Shown in pieces: positions 63,031-64,000 of a stretch of 64,000 nucleotides of DNA (its first letter is position 1; the number at the start of each line of letters is the position of its first letter). Source of the stretch: Sarea resinae (Eukaryota); contig JAPEUD010000065.1 in the NCBI GenBank assembly GCA_026026165.1, positions 1 to 64,000 on the forward strand. Reading direction: 5' to 3'. Below the pieces are notes generated by a model. It had not been told where the DNA came from. It was given only the letters and a program-made list of their open reading frames with translations, and did not search any database. The translations under genes and the position numbers were made by a program.

Positions 63031-64000
63031 ATGCCCTCATCAAATTCCTTTGTCGAATCTAATCGATCCTCCTCTTCGTTCGCCGTACGGCAGGATCAAC
63101 CTGACAGTCAACGTACACCGGCCCCGGTGCTGACGTCGCCTGGCTACCCCAGCGACGTCCCCCAATATACCCCGCCGGATTCCTTCGCAGGCCAGACGCA
63201 GGACGACTCTTACGATCATCAGTGGCGTCAGAGAAGCTCATCTTCGGGGTTACCTTCCCGATCGCAAAGCCAGAGATATCCTCGGACCTCATACTCAAAT
63301 CTGAGTGCTCCGGTCGAGAGATTAGCGGCCGTGCCGCAAGGACAAGACATCGCGGACAGCAGCAGTAGCACTCCTCAACACGCTTCCGCTGCTAAGAAGA
63401 CAAAACGCAGCTTCTTTGGTATTGGGCGTAAAGACCCACCGTCTCAGAGCGCACCGGAACCGGCTTCAACTAGTGAGCCTACCCATCACTCTCACGCAAC
63501 GGGATTTGGACGTGCTTTATCAGTCCGTCGCAAGGAACACTCTCGTCGCCATCAGCAATCCCCTCCTACCTCCCCGCCAATTCCCCAAGCACCTGATACC
63601 CAAGCACCGCCAGCGGCACTGGGCGAAAACCAGCAAGGCATTGGATTGGACACTTCCCCTGTTGGTTCGTTTCCCCCAGCTTCGTTACCAAGCGAAGATC
63701 AACGCCAGGGACCCCCTATTCGAATCGTGGAACAACACGCGTCGACGACTCAGATAGGAACCCCACCTGGATGGGAGCCTGCTGGGCGTCGTCCGCCATC
63801 TACACAAAGAGACAGCTTTCAAGGTCGTCCACCATATCAGCCAGCGCCCCAAAGTACACCACCACAGCCATCTGAGTATCAAGCTTTTGATCCCAACCGG
63901 CCTGCTAGACCCAGCAATCAAGACCACCTTCAGAGTTTGAATCCGTCAAACTACGCTCCTCCCTATTACCCACGACAAGAAGGCCATATTTTGCCCGTCT
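63031..64000 (+). CDS. 5' part of a Pro/Ser/Gln-rich hypothetical protein, open to the window end (absent from the ORF track)
   Basis: ATG 63031 gives MPSSNSFVESNRSSSSFAVRQDQ...LPSRSQSQRYP...KKTKRSFFGIGRK...GRALSVRRK. I saw no stop codon before 64000. Confidence 0.8.
   Translation, partial: MPSSNSFVESNRSSSSFAVRQDQPDSQRTPAPVLTSPGYPSDVPQYTPPDSFAGQTQDDSYDHQWRQRSSSSGLPSRSQSQRYPRTSYSNLSAPVERLAAVPQGQDIADSSSSTPQHASAAKKTKRSFFGIGRKDPPSQSAPEPASTSEPTHHSHATGFGRALSVRRKEHSRRHQQSPPTSPPIPQAPDTQAPPAALGENQQGIGLDTSPVGSFPPASLPSEDQRQGPPIRIVEQHASTTQIGTPPGWEPAGRRPPSTQRDSFQGRPPYQPAPQSTPPQPSEYQAFDPNRPARPSNQDHLQSLNPSNYAPPYYPRQEGHILPV

Overview
Eukaryotic DNA from a filamentous ascomycete (Pezizomycotina), shown by GT..CTAAC..AG introns, fungal gene families and RIP-type hypermutation. 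Bases 1-~5100 are an AT-rich, RIP-destroyed Ty3/Gypsy chromovirus. Its frame +1 pol runs RT end, RNase H, integrase, GPY/F and chromodomain. Mentally reversing RIP transitions reveals two unexpected parts of this element: four in-frame AT-hook motifs after the chromodomain, and a three-exon antisense gene for a Cys6 zinc-cluster-like protein between pol and a putative 3' LTR. The rest is euchromatin with about 21 genes: HSP20, a protein with a PARP-type zinc-finger-like motif, N2227/carnosine methyltransferase, PAC4, an SDR, a DDRGK-like protein, two APH-like kinases, a permuted-papain-like protein, thaumatin, an HSPA12-like Hsp70, a MetX/MekB-like hydrolase, a flavin-reductase-like protein, poly(A) polymerase, glutamate decarboxylase, adenine deaminase, a Zn2Cys6 TF, a DPR-repeat dehydrin-like protein, small hypothetical and secreted proteins, and a partial ORF at the right edge. 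There is also a DUF2235 pseudogene, several simple repeats and a recurrent intergenic TAGG/CCTA-TACGGAGTA motif family. Exon boundaries were read by eye and de-RIP translations are inference; no database searches were run.
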